Under the pieces are notes generated by a model. It did not search any database. It worked only from the letters and a program-made list of their open reading frames with translations, and was not told where the DNA came from. From the IMG/VR virus record IMGVR_UViG_3300021255_001403: a stretch of DNA of 64,000 nucleotides; one strand, 5' to 3'. Each line of letters starts with the position of its first letter. Positions within the stretch are counted from its first letter, which is position 1. A program made the translations under genes and the position numbers. The stretch is from an uncultured virus (IMG/VR IMGVR_UViG_3300021255_001403). Lineage: Duplodnaviria > Heunggongvirae > Uroviricota > Caudoviricetes. Below, one piece after another: positions 1-9,865 of this stretch.

Positions 1-2
1 CT

Positions 3-164
3 TCATTAGTTGCAACAGATATTGCTATGAAAAATAATCCGAAACAATTTTTGAATGGTAGTGGTATACCAGGAGTATACAATGATGACCCTGGTTTAAT
101 CTCTTTAAAAGAATTTCTAAATATTCTGCATAAACAGAATAAAAAAGATGGTCCAGAAGTATAA
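3..164 (+). CDS. 3' end of a hypothetical protein truncated by the window edge
   Basis: Frame 3 is open from the window start to TAA at 162-164. Confidence 0.5.
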   Translation, partial: SLVATDIAMKNNPKQFLNGSGIPGVYNDDPGLISLKEFLNILHKQNKKDGPEV

Positions 165-762
165 TGAAAGGAATGTTTTAAAAAATATGAGTCTCAAATT
201 AAACTCTCTTGATGATGAATCTAAAGGTACAGTTATCCGTATGGATGATTTTATTATGAGGAAAAGAAAGTATGATTATCAAACTGATCCTATTGTACAG
301 AGAATGAAAGATACAAATAGTAAAATATTTGGTAAAAAAGAAAAAGAAAGTTTATTAAATGATGCATTAAAAGATTTCGAAAAAGAACTCGAAGAAGATG
401 AAACCCAAGTATTAAAAACGGGTATACGTATTGAGTATGCTGTATATTGTAGACAGCTCATCGAAACTCATACTTTCTTACCTCGTATAAAACTTTTAGA
501 ATTAATCTCTAATCTTAAATATGCTATAGCTAAAAAAGATGAAGATAATATGACTTCCATTTATGTCTCTGATGAGTTCATGAAACTTACCTTAGAAGAG
601 GCTGAAAAAGAATTAGAATATGTAAGGCATTTTGTAATGGATAAAATCTATTCTATTGGTAAAGAAAAATATTATCTTTTATCATGGGCAGTTAGTGCTA
701 AGAGTAAAGAAGCTTTTGAAAAAGAAACTAATGAATTAGCTGAAAAATATAAAAGATTATAA
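148..762 (+). CDS. hypothetical phage protein (true start probably ATG at 187)
   Basis: ORF track; phage-like codon usage; no recognisable motif. Confidence 0.6.
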   Translation: MVQKYNERNVLKNMSLKLNSLDDESKGTVIRMDDFIMRKRKYDYQTDPIVQRMKDTNSKIFGKKEKESLLNDALKDFEKELEEDETQVLKTGIRIEYAVYCRQLIETHTFLPRIKLLELISNLKYAIAKKDEDNMTSIYVSDEFMKLTLEEAEKELEYVRHFVMDKIYSIGKEKYYLLSWAVSAKSKEAFEKETNELAEKYKRL

Positions 763-801
763 GATTAGTATATTAAGAGAAATGAGAAGAGGAATAATAA
801 A

Positions 802-1077
802 ATGACCAAAGTCGAGTTAGTTAATGAGTATGAGTTAATTTGTAGAAATATAGGTGAAAAGAAACTTAGTAGCTTCTTTATTAGTCTTAAATATGCTGAT
901 TATATTAAACTAACTGATAACGTAGTTGTTGATACAATAGGTTTAGGAGAATTAGATGTAGTAAATTTACAGAAAGAAGTTGATTCTGCAAGAAAAGTAC
1001 TGGATATTAGTAATAGCACGTATTCTATTTTCAAATACTTTATTCCTGGTAATAAAGTAGATATGAATAGTCATTAA
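802..1077 (+). CDS. hypothetical protein
   Basis: AGAGGA SD upstream; in operon. Confidence 0.6.
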   Translation: MTKVELVNEYELICRNIGEKKLSSFFISLKYADYIKLTDNVVVDTIGLGELDVVNLQKEVDSARKVLDISNSTYSIFKYFIPGNKVDMNSH

Positions 1078-1089
1078 GGGAGAAATATT

Positions 1090-1395
1090 ATGTATGTAAG
1101 AGATATTAATACTCTACCTGATCTTGGAAAAGAAATCGTCTATATAGATGAGATTACTCGAGAAGAAAGATCTGGGATTGTTATGTATGTAGAACAAGTA
1201 TCAGATAAACTTGCTTTTGTATATGTAGCATCACCAAATAAAAAAGAAAATGATAAATGGGAAGGGTCAATTAATTATAGGGATATAATTACATTTGACG
1301 ATAAGCCCATTAATATTAATGGATGGAATAGGGATACAGTACTAGGAGAATATGGTAAATATCTTGGTATTGATATTAAAAATGCTAATAGTTAA
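1090..1395 (+). CDS. hypothetical protein
   Basis: GGGAG SD; followed by a terminator. Confidence 0.6.
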   Translation: MYVRDINTLPDLGKEIVYIDEITREERSGIVMYVEQVSDKLAFVYVASPNKKENDKWEGSINYRDIITFDDKPININGWNRDTVLGEYGKYLGIDIKNANS

Positions 1396-1418
1396 TTGGT
1401 ATTTCTAGTATAAAATTG

Positions 1419-1452
1419 GAGCACAGAGGCCTACTCTGTGCTCTTTTTTTTT
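1419..1452 (+). terminator. intrinsic terminator
   Basis: GAGCACAGAG-gccta-CTCTGTGCTC stem followed by a T run. Confidence 0.85.
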
Positions 1453-1547
1453 ATTCGTAATTATAGCGAGTACCTTAGAAATAGTAGTTTTATTTTGTAG
1501 ATATTTGACTACATTGTTATAACCACAAAATATAATATATCGAAAGG

Positions 1548-2018
1548 TTGGGATTTTATATGCCTATTTCTGAAAAGATTTTTGTTGTTTATGGTACGTT
1601 AATGCCTAATGAGTTAAATGCTAATAGGGTCATGGGAAGTTACTATGATCCTAAGATATTGTTTGTAGAAACCTCTGTAAATGCTGTATATAATCGTCTA
1701 GCTAAATACATTACAAAAGAAACTACAGTCTATTATCCGTATAAAGTAGAAGTAAGAGATAGATATGGTAAATTACAGTATGATGAAGGTAAAATACTTA
1801 CCACAGATATTTCTACTATTCGTATTGTAGATTCTGAAACTGATAGAACTATCCAGATTTATTCTAGATATGGTGATGATTTATCTCTTACTGATGATAC
1901 GGGATTAAGACCATGGCAATCTGATCCTAATGAAAAAGCTGTATTTAATCAGTTAAGAAATTTATTACAGGCTAAAGTAGAAGCTGAAAAAGCTAAGATG
2001 ATTATAAACTACTATTAA
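1548..2018 (+). CDS. hypothetical protein, probably late-expressed
   Basis: ORF preceded by ACA-N6-TA motif at 1511. Confidence 0.55.
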   Translation: MGFYMPISEKIFVVYGTLMPNELNANRVMGSYYDPKILFVETSVNAVYNRLAKYITKETTVYYPYKVEVRDRYGKLQYDEGKILTTDISTIRIVDSETDRTIQIYSRYGDDLSLTDDTGLRPWQSDPNEKAVFNQLRNLLQAKVEAEKAKMIINYY

Positions 2019-2054
2019 TATCGTATATATAATTTTAGGGAGAGTGTATATATT

Positions 2055-2447
2055 ATGGTAGAAACCAATTCTTATGCTTATATTATTCTTGAGAAAACTT
2101 ATAATAAAGAAACTGGTATATTGCTCTATGATAGAATGTTTAAAGGAGTTGCTACTACAGAGTCTGGTGTAATAGACGATATAAAAAAGATTATAAACTT
2201 AGAAACTCCTGATAAAGCTTTTCTTATTGATAAGGGATTACTCAATGCTGCAGAAATATTTGGGTTTGAATTCCCATTAGATTTCGAGAAAGAATTCTAT
2301 CATGCTTATTATATCTATAAAGAAGATTTAAAACTTAATATTGGATATAATATAGTAGAGAGAAATGATTCTTTATATACTACTATACAAAATTATATAA
2401 AGACGCTAGATATTTATAAAGAGGATTATAAGCCTTATGAAAAATAA
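2055..2447 (+). CDS. hypothetical protein
   Basis: GGGAGAG SD; ORF track. Confidence 0.55.
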   Translation: MVETNSYAYIILEKTYNKETGILLYDRMFKGVATTESGVIDDIKKIINLETPDKAFLIDKGLLNAAEIFGFEFPLDFEKEFYHAYYIYKEDLKLNIGYNIVERNDSLYTTIQNYIKTLDIYKEDYKPYEK

Positions 2448-2581
2448 TGAAATAAAGATCTTTCCTTATAGTGAGGAGTTTAGAAAGAATCTTAAGAAAC
2501 TATATAATTCTAAAATTAATATGGAAGATAATAATTATAAACTTCCACCAATAATAACGTTTGAGAGGAGTAAGGATTTCT

Positions 2582-5500
2582 ATGGTAAGTTATATCAGAA
2601 AACGGGATGGGCAAGTAGTGAAGTTTAATAAGGATAAGATTGTGAATGCAATCATTCCTGCCATGAAAGAAGCTAATACTATTGATTATGCTTCTGCTAT
2701 TAAAATTGCTAATGATATTTCTGCTAAAGAAGATGAGATACTTGATGTAGAAACTGTACAAGATTTAGTAGAAGAAGAATTAATGAAAGAAAATTATCCT
2801 TTGACTGCTAAACGGTATATAATTTATAGAGAAGAACGTACTAAGATTAGAGAAAAGAAATCTGATCTTATGAAATATATAAAAGAAAAAATTACCGCAT
2901 CTAATAATCAGAACTCTAATGCTAATGTAGATGAAAGATCTTTTGGTGCTAGAAAGAATGAAGCTGCTGGTGTATTAACTGCACAATTAGCTATAGATGA
3001 ATTATTAGATCCTGATGTAAAGAAAGCTTGGGAAGAAAATTTACTGTATATTCATGATCGTACTGAGTATGCAGTAGGTATGCATAACTGTTTAAACGTA
3101 AGATTAGCAAAATTGCTCCAGGAGGGCTTTGTGACCCGTAACGGCGACGTGAGACCGGCTAACTCTTTTTCAACGGCATGTCAATTAGTTGCTGTTATAT
3201 TCCAGGCGCAGTCGCAGGGAATGTTTGGTGGTGTAGGGGCTAATCACATAGATGACGATTTAGCACCATTTGTTCGTATATCATTTTTGAAACATTTTAA
3301 AGATGGATTGAAATATGTAGATAGAAGTAAAGATAAATCATATGAAGAATTCCATACGAGATATAGAAATCATATTGGGATGGCATCTATTAGTGCTTAT
3401 GGTAATATATTCAAAGATTTCTCTCCTCTTGCATATGAATATGCTATTGATATGCTGGAGAAAGAAGGATTACAATCTACCCAAGCATTATATCATAATT
3501 TAAATACACTGGAGTCTAGACCTGGTAGTCAGTTACCTTTCTCTTCTATTAACTTTGGCTTGAATACTACTTTTGAAGGTAGAAAAGTTACTGAGTGGTT
3601 ACTTAGAGCTTCATTAGAAGGCATTGGTAAATATCATAGAGTATCTATCTTCCCAATATCTATATTCCAGTATAAGACTGATATTAATGATAGACCTGGT
3701 ACTCCTAATTATGATTTATTTAAATTATCTGTAAAATCTACAGTACACACTATCTATCCTAACTATTGTAATGCTGATTGGGTATCTAATGAACCAGATG
3801 TACATCCTACTTATCTTATTAGTGTACCGAAATTACATAAACATTGTAGAGTATCTATATTAACTCAGAATAAAGAGAATACTAAACAGGAAGAATGTTT
3901 CTGGTATACTTTAGAAGAAATCTATGAAGAATTATCTGATAAATATGAAGTAAAGACTAAAGATGGATATGAATATATTGATCTTAGATTTGTAGATAAG
4001 AATTACTTTGTAAATGATGAAAAGAGTGTTTACAAAGATTATATGACTAATATCTATGATGCTGTAGCTAAGATTAGTTATATTAGTGCTAATGAAGATA
4101 AGACTAAGTTTAGTATTACTACTGATACATTTAGGCATGATTACTTAGATCAAAATAATAATCCCGAGACTTATAAATCTGAGCATTTTGATTATGCTTA
4201 TAACCCTGGTACTGAAATGGCTACTATGGGTAGTTGTGATGGTAGTGCTACTATAAGAGTAAAGATTGATGGTAAAGAAGAGTATACTAATTTTACCAAT
4301 CTCTGGAATGATTTTACTGAAAATAATGAAATCTTTTCTAATGGTAAGAAAGCACATTATATAAATACTACTAATCTTAAAATCTATGATAGCTCTGTAC
4401 ATGATTTTGTTGGTGTAAAGAGACTTATTAAAAATGACGATATAGGATTATGGTATAAGATTAAACTAATTATTTATGATAAGACTGGTAAAGACAAAGG
4501 TAAGATAAAGTATTCTAATTTAATACATCTTACTGCAGACCACCCATTACCAATATTAGAACTTGGTGATTATAAAACAAGAAGAACTTATGTAAAAGAC
4601 CTTAAAGCAGGAGATAAAGTTCTTAGATCTGATATAACCAGTCATCCTGGTATTAAGTATGCTACTATAGAGAGCGTTAAGAAAGTTGGCTATAGAGATG
4701 CATATGGATATGATGTAGAAACTGAATCTGATCGTTTCGATGTATCTGGTATTAATAGCCATAACTGTCGTACTCTTATAGGTAAAGACCGTCATGGTTG
4801 TGGTTGGGATAAATCTGGTAGAGGAAATGTTTGCCCTCATACTATGAATCTTGCTAAATTGGGTATTAAACATGGTATCTGTTTAGGAGAAAGAAAAGAG
4901 GCAGATATACAAGGTTTCTGGAAAGAATTAGATGAGTTACTTAAACTTACTGAGAAATCTTTATTGGATAGATATAAGTTTATCTGCTCTCAGAATCCTA
5001 TAGCAGCATACTTTATGTATGATAATGGTACTATAGTAGATTCTGAAAACTCTATAAAAGCTGGTAATGTAGAACCATCTATGAAGCATAATACTCTTGC
5101 TATTGGATTTATTGGTTTAGCCAATATGCTGTATGCTATGTTTGGTAAATACCATAATCAGGATAAAGAAGTATTAAAATTTGGTATAGATGTAGTAAAA
5201 CACATATATGACTTTAGTAAAGAAGCTTCAGAAAGAAATGATCTTAACTTTAGTTGTTATATGACACCAGCAGAAAATCTCTGCCATACTTGGATGAAGA
5301 AACTGAAAAAAGAATATGGTAATATTAAGGGAGTTACTGATCATGACTATTTAACTAACTCTTGCCATGTACCAGTATTTGAGAAGATATCTATTAAAGA
5401 TAAGATTGATATAGAATCTAACTTCTCTTGGATGGGTACTGGTGGTAATATTACTTATACAGAATATGATGCTGAAGTAATGAATAACTGTGAAGCTATA

Positions 5501-5776
5501 GAAAACATTATTCATTATGCTATGAAAGAGAATAATCATAGGATAGCATACTTCGCTATTAATTTCCCTATAGATACATGTAATGATTGTGGATTTAAGG
5601 GAGTAATAGATGATAAGTGCCCTAGATGTGGTGCAGATTCAGATCATATTCAAAGACTTCGTCGAGTTACTGGATATTTAACCGCAGATTATAAGACTCG
5701 GTTTAATCCAGGAAAACGTAAAGAAGTCGAAGAAAGAGAAAAGCATTCTAGATATAGTAATCTAGAGAAATTCTAA
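2582..5776 (+). CDS. nrdD: class III anaerobic ribonucleoside-triphosphate reductase with N-terminal ATP cone, intein-containing
   Basis: ATP cone (IRKRDG..F...KI), YIHD, HNLNTLESRPGSQLPFSSINFG, MG|CRT active site split by an intein, GRGN, TPAENL, CNDC..CPRC zinc site, RRVTGYL glycyl-radical motif; AGGAG SD before ATG 2582. Confidence 0.96.
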   Translation: MVSYIRKRDGQVVKFNKDKIVNAIIPAMKEANTIDYASAIKIANDISAKEDEILDVETVQDLVEEELMKENYPLTAKRYIIYREERTKIREKKSDLMKYIKEKITASNNQNSNANVDERSFGARKNEAAGVLTAQLAIDELLDPDVKKAWEENLLYIHDRTEYAVGMHNCLNVRLAKLLQEGFVTRNGDVRPANSFSTACQLVAVIFQAQSQGMFGGVGANHIDDDLAPFVRISFLKHFKDGLKYVDRSKDKSYEEFHTRYRNHIGMASISAYGNIFKDFSPLAYEYAIDMLEKEGLQSTQALYHNLNTLESRPGSQLPFSSINFGLNTTFEGRKVTEWLLRASLEGIGKYHRVSIFPISIFQYKTDINDRPGTPNYDLFKLSVKSTVHTIYPNYCNADWVSNEPDVHPTYLISVPKLHKHCRVSILTQNKENTKQEECFWYTLEEIYEELSDKYEVKTKDGYEYIDLRFVDKNYFVNDEKSVYKDYMTNIYDAVAKISYISANEDKTKFSITTDTFRHDYLDQNNNPETYKSEHFDYAYNPGTEMATMGSCDGSATIRVKIDGKEEYTNFTNLWNDFTENNEIFSNGKKAHYINTTNLKIYDSSVHDFVGVKRLIKNDDIGLWYKIKLIIYDKTGKDKGKIKYSNLIHLTADHPLPILELGDYKTRRTYVKDLKAGDKVLRSDITSHPGIKYATIESVKKVGYRDAYGYDVETESDRFDVSGINSHNCRTLIGKDRHGCGWDKSGRGNVCPHTMNLAKLGIKHGICLGERKEADIQGFWKELDELLKLTEKSLLDRYKFICSQNPIAAYFMYDNGTIVDSENSIKAGNVEPSMKHNTLAIGFIGLANMLYAMFGKYHNQDKEVLKFGIDVVKHIYDFSKEASERNDLNFSCYMTPAENLCHTWMKKLKKEYGNIKGVTDHDYLTNSCHVPVFEKISIKDKIDIESNFSWMGTGGNITYTEYDAEVMNNCEAIENIIHYAMKENNHRIAYFAINFPIDTCNDCGFKGVIDDKCPRCGADSDHIQRLRRVTGYLTADYKTRFNPGKRKEVEEREKHSRYSNLEKF
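4232..4765 (+). mobile_element. 178-aa mini-intein in NrdD, no homing endonuclease
   Basis: Begins SCDGSATI, block B LTADHPL, block F YDVET, ends SHN followed by Cys+1; removal restores TMG|CRT. Confidence 0.9.
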
Positions 5777-5793
5777 AAAATAAACAAAAAAAT

Positions 5794-5817
5794 ACAGGCG
5801 GGATAAAACCCGCCTGT
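5794..5817. terminator. bidirectional terminator between convergent genes
   Basis: ACAGGCGGG-ataaaa-CCCGCCTGT with A- and T-rich flanks. Confidence 0.8.
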
Positions 5818-5831
5818 TAATTTGTTTTTGG

Positions 5832-6074
5832 TTACTGCCATTTGCCGGTGGCCAGCCAGTTACCAAACTTACGGTTCTGTTCTGCTGCGGCTTTCTGCTG
5901 AGCCTGACGCTGCAGTTCCTGACAATGCGCAACATATGTTGCCATTTCCCGATCTTCTGCACTCATCAATTCTTCTGGGACATTGTAATATCCCATTCTT
6001 GCCTTTACTTCTTCGTTATAATGCGGCGGAAGCATACCAAACAGATTGTCTACACCCATGTCTTTGTAAAACAT
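5832..6074 (-). CDS. small hypothetical protein in an early cassette
   Basis: AGGAGG SD on the minus strand; higher GC than flanks. Confidence 0.65.
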   Translation of the reverse strand: MFYKDMGVDNLFGMLPPHYNEEVKARMGYYNVPEELMSAEDREMATYVAHCQELQRQAQQKAAAEQNRKFGNWLATGKWQ

Positions 6075-6090
6075 TTTGAATTCCTCCTAA

Positions 6091-6420
6091 TCAATAAGCT
6101 TTCATTAACAATGAATTGACGCTGATGGTTTTTCCTACAAGGAATTTGCGGAGCGACTCTTCGCGCTTGTCGCTTAACTTCTTCCATCCCATTGTTTTTA
6201 ATACGAAATCATAGACATTTCTTTTTTCGATTTTGCCATTTTCTCTTTCTACGAATACAAACAGCTTTGCGGGAGTACTGGTGTATCCCCACGTTTTGTA
6301 GTTCTTATAGTAATAAGAACTGGATTCGGCCTTTTCCCATTGAAGGCCAACGATTTTAGCGACTTTTACACCACTTTTTACAATCTGCGCATACTTTTCT
6401 ACACTAATTTCGATCTTCAT
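6091..6420 (-). CDS. basic hypothetical protein in an early cassette
   Basis: AAGGAGAGG SD; directly downstream of the promoter motif at 6473-6488. Confidence 0.7.
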   Translation of the reverse strand: MKIEISVEKYAQIVKSGVKVAKIVGLQWEKAESSSYYYKNYKTWGYTSTPAKLFVFVERENGKIEKRNVYDFVLKTMGWKKLSDKREESLRKFLVGKTISVNSLLMKAY

Positions 6421-6472
6421 AATAAACCTCTCCTTTTTATATAAAACATTTATTCATTGATAACTCTCATTA

Positions 6473-6512
6473 TCACCTCTATAATATACAATCAAAAAAG
6501 AACACTTTTACA
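6473..6512 (-). promoter_or_regulatory. putative early (virion RNAP-type) promoter TATATTATA-N4-TGA with upstream TGTAAAAG
   Basis: Near-identical copy at 24272-24311 and related copies elsewhere. Confidence 0.65.
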
Positions 6513-6557
6513 TACAAAAAATATAGATGGGGAGATTGTCCCATCTATATTAGTCTC

Positions 6558-6848
6558 TTATAATTCAGAATGACCTTCATTCCATATGATATTAGGAATA
6601 GCTGATATAGTATTACAATCATTATTATCTATAGTAGTTGAGATAAATGCTATATCATCTTTCTTAACCCATAATTTTGAAAAAGACTGTTTAGGTTTAT
6701 CAAATCCCATTCTTTCTAAGAACTTTTCAGCTTCTTCATTCGTTTCGCATTTTACTGGTACGCATGGTTCAATATTTACTAAAGAAGAATATTCTTCTCC
6801 ATGATAATATCGTTTAATTATATTTACTATATACATTATAAACACCAT
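6558..6848 (-). CDS. hypothetical protein
   Basis: ORF track; last gene of a minus-strand operon. Confidence 0.55.
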   Translation of the reverse strand: MVFIMYIVNIIKRYYHGEEYSSLVNIEPCVPVKCETNEEAEKFLERMGFDKPKQSFSKLWVKKDDIAFISTTIDNNDCNTISAIPNIIWNEGHSEL

Positions 6849-7204
6849 CCTTCATTACGATAGAGATTTCCATGAGATACTTTAATTTTTAAATTAACTC
6901 CCATATTCCTAATATCATTAATCTTTTTATATGTCTTTTTATAGACTTCGTTTATGAAATCTACAACGATCTCCTCATCTTCTCTCTTATTTATTTCTAT
7001 TGTAAAACATAACTCATCAATATAATCTATGTGTTCATCATATATATCTATACCGTCTTTAAGTTTAACTCCTATTCTTCTAAGAAAATACTTTATCTTT
7101 ACATTATCAATATCACATTTAGGATTTACTAGAGGATGCATATATTTTTTGATATCTTCAGGAGAACCAAAAAATTCTAACGTTATATCATAACTTTTAT
7201 ACAT
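6836..7204 (-). CDS. tandem paralog family MYKSYD, copy 4
   Basis: Shares MYKSYDITLEFFGSP...DFI..YKK...VSHG.LY with neighbours. Confidence 0.75.
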   Translation of the reverse strand: MYKSYDITLEFFGSPEDIKKYMHPLVNPKCDIDNVKIKYFLRRIGVKLKDGIDIYDEHIDYIDELCFTIEINKREDEEIVVDFINEVYKKTYKKINDIRNMGVNLKIKVSHGNLYRNEGWCL

Positions 7205-7207
7205 AAT

Positions 7208-7594
7208 TTATTCCTCTTCTTCATTATAATAGAGATCTCCATGAGATACTCTAAGTATTAAATCAACTTCCATATCCTTCTCAAACTCACCAATTTTACT
7301 ATATACCTTTTTGTAAATATCGTGGATGAAATCTAAAGCTACTATTTCATCTTCTTTCTTATCTATATTTATAGTAAACAACAACTCATCGGTATATTCT
7401 ACGTATTCAGCATCACCACATAGTTTTATACTCTCTTTAGGCTGTTTAATATTTAACTTTTTAAGAAATTCTATCATATCTACTAAATTACCTGGAAATT
7501 CAGGATCTACTAAAGGAATAACTTTCTCCATAATATCTGCTGGAGAACCAAGAAATTCTAACGTAACATCATAACTTTTATACATTATAATCAC
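7208..7594 (-). CDS. tandem paralog family MYKSYD, copy 3
   Basis: Same motifs as neighbours. Confidence 0.75.
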   Translation of the reverse strand: MIIMYKSYDVTLEFLGSPADIMEKVIPLVDPEFPGNLVDMIEFLKKLNIKQPKESIKLCGDAEYVEYTDELLFTINIDKKEDEIVALDFIHDIYKKVYSKIGEFEKDMEVDLILRVSHGDLYYNEEEE

Positions 7595-7965
7595 TCTCCT
7601 ATATTTTCATAATAAAGATCTCCACGAGATACTCCGATTACTAAATTAATTTCTAACATAAACTCAATAAATTTTTTATATAGCTTTTTGTAAATATCAT
7701 GGATAAAATCTAAAGCTATCATCTCATCTTCTTTCTTATTTATTTCTACCATAAACCTTAATTCATCTGTATAAGTTATATATCCTCCATATATCTTTAT
7801 ACCCTCTTTAGGCTTAATCTCTAGTCTTTTAAGAAAATATCCTAATTCTACATTATCTTTATCATTCTTAGGACTTACTAGAGAATATACATGTTTTTTG
7901 ATATTTTCTGGAGAACCAAAAAATACCAATGTTATATCATAACTTTTATACATAATTACCACCAT
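7591..7965 (-). CDS. tandem paralog family MYKSYD, copy 2
   Basis: Same motifs as neighbours. Confidence 0.75.
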   Translation of the reverse strand: MVVIMYKSYDITLVFFGSPENIKKHVYSLVSPKNDKDNVELGYFLKRLEIKPKEGIKIYGGYITYTDELRFMVEINKKEDEMIALDFIHDIYKKLYKKFIEFMLEINLVIGVSRGDLYYENIGE

Positions 7966-7976
7966 ACTTTCATTAT

Positions 7977-8321
7977 TTAAAACACTACAGATTTACGTTC
8001 ATGCTCGTAATCATACATCTGTATTCTTATATTAATATAAAATTCTGGAAAGAATTTATCTACTAACTTCTTATGAAGATCATAGATAAATTCTAATGCT
8101 CCAGTATCTTTTTCTGATTCTTTTACTGTAAAATCCAACACTCCATTCTCAAACATGTTTACATCAAAGATTCTTAATTTAGGATTAGGAATAATACCTA
8201 AATCATTTAAGAATTTAGTGAAATCAGTATCATATGGGTTAATAAGTGGATGAATCTTTTCTTTAACTGCCTCCTGATTCTCACCAATAAACTCGATTTC
8301 TACATCATACTCTTTGTACAT
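7977..8321 (-). CDS. tandem paralog family MYKSYD, divergent copy 1
   Basis: MYKEYDVEIEFIG...ALEFIYDLHKKL; promoter motif at 8361-8376. Confidence 0.7.
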   Translation of the reverse strand: MYKEYDVEIEFIGENQEAVKEKIHPLINPYDTDFTKFLNDLGIIPNPKLRIFDVNMFENGVLDFTVKESEKDTGALEFIYDLHKKLVDKFFPEFYINIRIQMYDYEHERKSVVF

Positions 8322-8524
8322 ATTACCATTCCTTTCTTTTATATAAGATATAAACCTTACTCATAGATATAGTATATAATAATAAAAATATTTAGTATAT
8401 AACGGCTGACAAAAAGGTAACCGTATAATTTATTTTATAATGGAGAGTGGTTTTATGAGTGATATGTATATATTGTAGTGGTTATTTAGATTTAATTATT
8501 TATATATTTAGGGAGGCTTGAATA

Positions 8525-9655
8525 ATGGATGTAAAAGTTACTAATGAATGTGAGTATGGTAAATACAATAACCTTATGTTTAACCAAACAGAACCCTTGT
8601 TTTTAAAACCTAATGGTACTCGTACACGTTATCCTATTGGATGGAATGGCGTAGGACGTTATATTCCTGGTACTCTTAAAGTAAAATATAATGGTAATTT
8701 TGTAGATGTTACAGAAGAAGAGAATGGTGTATTTTATAACTTTTCTATTGCTCCTAGTGCTAGTGATTTTATAGATGATTTTGAGGTATCTTATATTGCT
8801 AGACCACTTGATTATGCATTTTCTAAAGGTTTAGTTGAAGGTGGTTATGAAGGAGAGGAATATTTCTTATTTCCTAACTGGAATAATGCCTTAAATGAAG
8901 GAGATGCATTCTGGATAGGGAAATATCAAGCATCTAATAATGGTAATAGTATTCCTCAGTCTAAGAGCGGAGTTAATCTATGGTGTAATATAACCCGTGA
9001 TAGTGCTATTACTCAGTGTAAGATTAAAGGAAAGAAATTCTGTATGATGAGAAATCGTCAGTGGGTATCTATTGCTAGATGGTGTGATCATCATAATATA
9101 CATGTAAAGGGTAATATATATGGCACTGATACAAATAATTTAGATGGTGATTATACGACATTAACCCAAGTTGGTGGTGGATATAATGCTTGGAATGGAC
9201 GCCATTTAGTAATTGGTGGTAATTTACCTGATACTTGGAGTCATAATGGTAAATTTGGTGGTATATATAATTTAACCGGTAATGTATGGGAATTTATAGA
9301 TGGATTAGAGAATAGAGGCGGAGAGATTTATATTTATGATGAGAATGATAATTATGTAGATAGTGGAGTTAGTGTAGCGGCTAGTACCAGCAGTGGTACC
9401 CAGATAAAAGATATAACTAATACAAGCGAAGTCATATTAAATGAAGGTATAGCTAATACAATAGATACTAATGGATATGTGCCGAGTAATCTTAAAGGTG
9501 ATTCAATGTGGAATAATAATGGTGGACAAAATGTTCTCTGGCGCGGTGGTAGTTCGTACGATGGTCTTCAGTGCGGCCTCTGGACGTTCTATGTGAATGC
9601 TGCTCTGTCGCACTCGGATTGGAATGACGGCTTCCGCGTCGCGCGTAAAATTTGA
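8525..9655 (+). CDS. DGR target-type protein 1 (C-type lectin/FGE-sulfatase/Mtd-like fold, putative receptor-binding protein)
   Basis: FWIGKYQAS, QWVSIA, GIYNLTGNVWEFIDG, C-terminal RGG...GFR variable region; paralog of 49263 and 50429. Confidence 0.85.
   Translation: MDVKVTNECEYGKYNNLMFNQTEPLFLKPNGTRTRYPIGWNGVGRYIPGTLKVKYNGNFVDVTEEENGVFYNFSIAPSASDFIDDFEVSYIARPLDYAFSKGLVEGGYEGEEYFLFPNWNNALNEGDAFWIGKYQASNNGNSIPQSKSGVNLWCNITRDSAITQCKIKGKKFCMMRNRQWVSIARWCDHHNIHVKGNIYGTDTNNLDGDYTTLTQVGGGYNAWNGRHLVIGGNLPDTWSHNGKFGGIYNLTGNVWEFIDGLENRGGEIYIYDENDNYVDSGVSVAASTSSGTQIKDITNTSEVILNEGIANTIDTNGYVPSNLKGDSMWNNNGGQNVLWRGGSSYDGLQCGLWTFYVNAALSHSDWNDGFRVARKI
9530..9655 (+). repeat. DGR variable repeat VR1
   Basis: GC-rich gene end; differs from VR2 and VR3 mainly at codon positions 1-2 of inferred AAY codons. 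Confidence 0.8.
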
Positions 9656-9797
9656 CATTTTCGCGAAGCGAAAATGCTGTGTCGATTTCGCCCTTGGAAA
9701 TATAATTTACCTACACATTACGGATTAACAACGCATATTACACATTTATGGACGAATAGACTTAAATACGGCGGCGTTGCATTTAGCAGCGCCGCCC
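9656..9797 (+). promoter_or_regulatory. post-VR cis element: CATTTTCGC-GAA-GCGAAAATG hairpin plus conserved tail and GC hairpin
   Basis: Perfect 9-bp stem with GAA loop right after the stop codon; homologous to 51548-51731. Confidence 0.75.
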
Positions 9798-9865
9798 ATG
9801 CGTTGTTAATTTTCATTACTTCTCTAACCTTATAATAAAATGATTTCAAAAGGAATGATAATACT

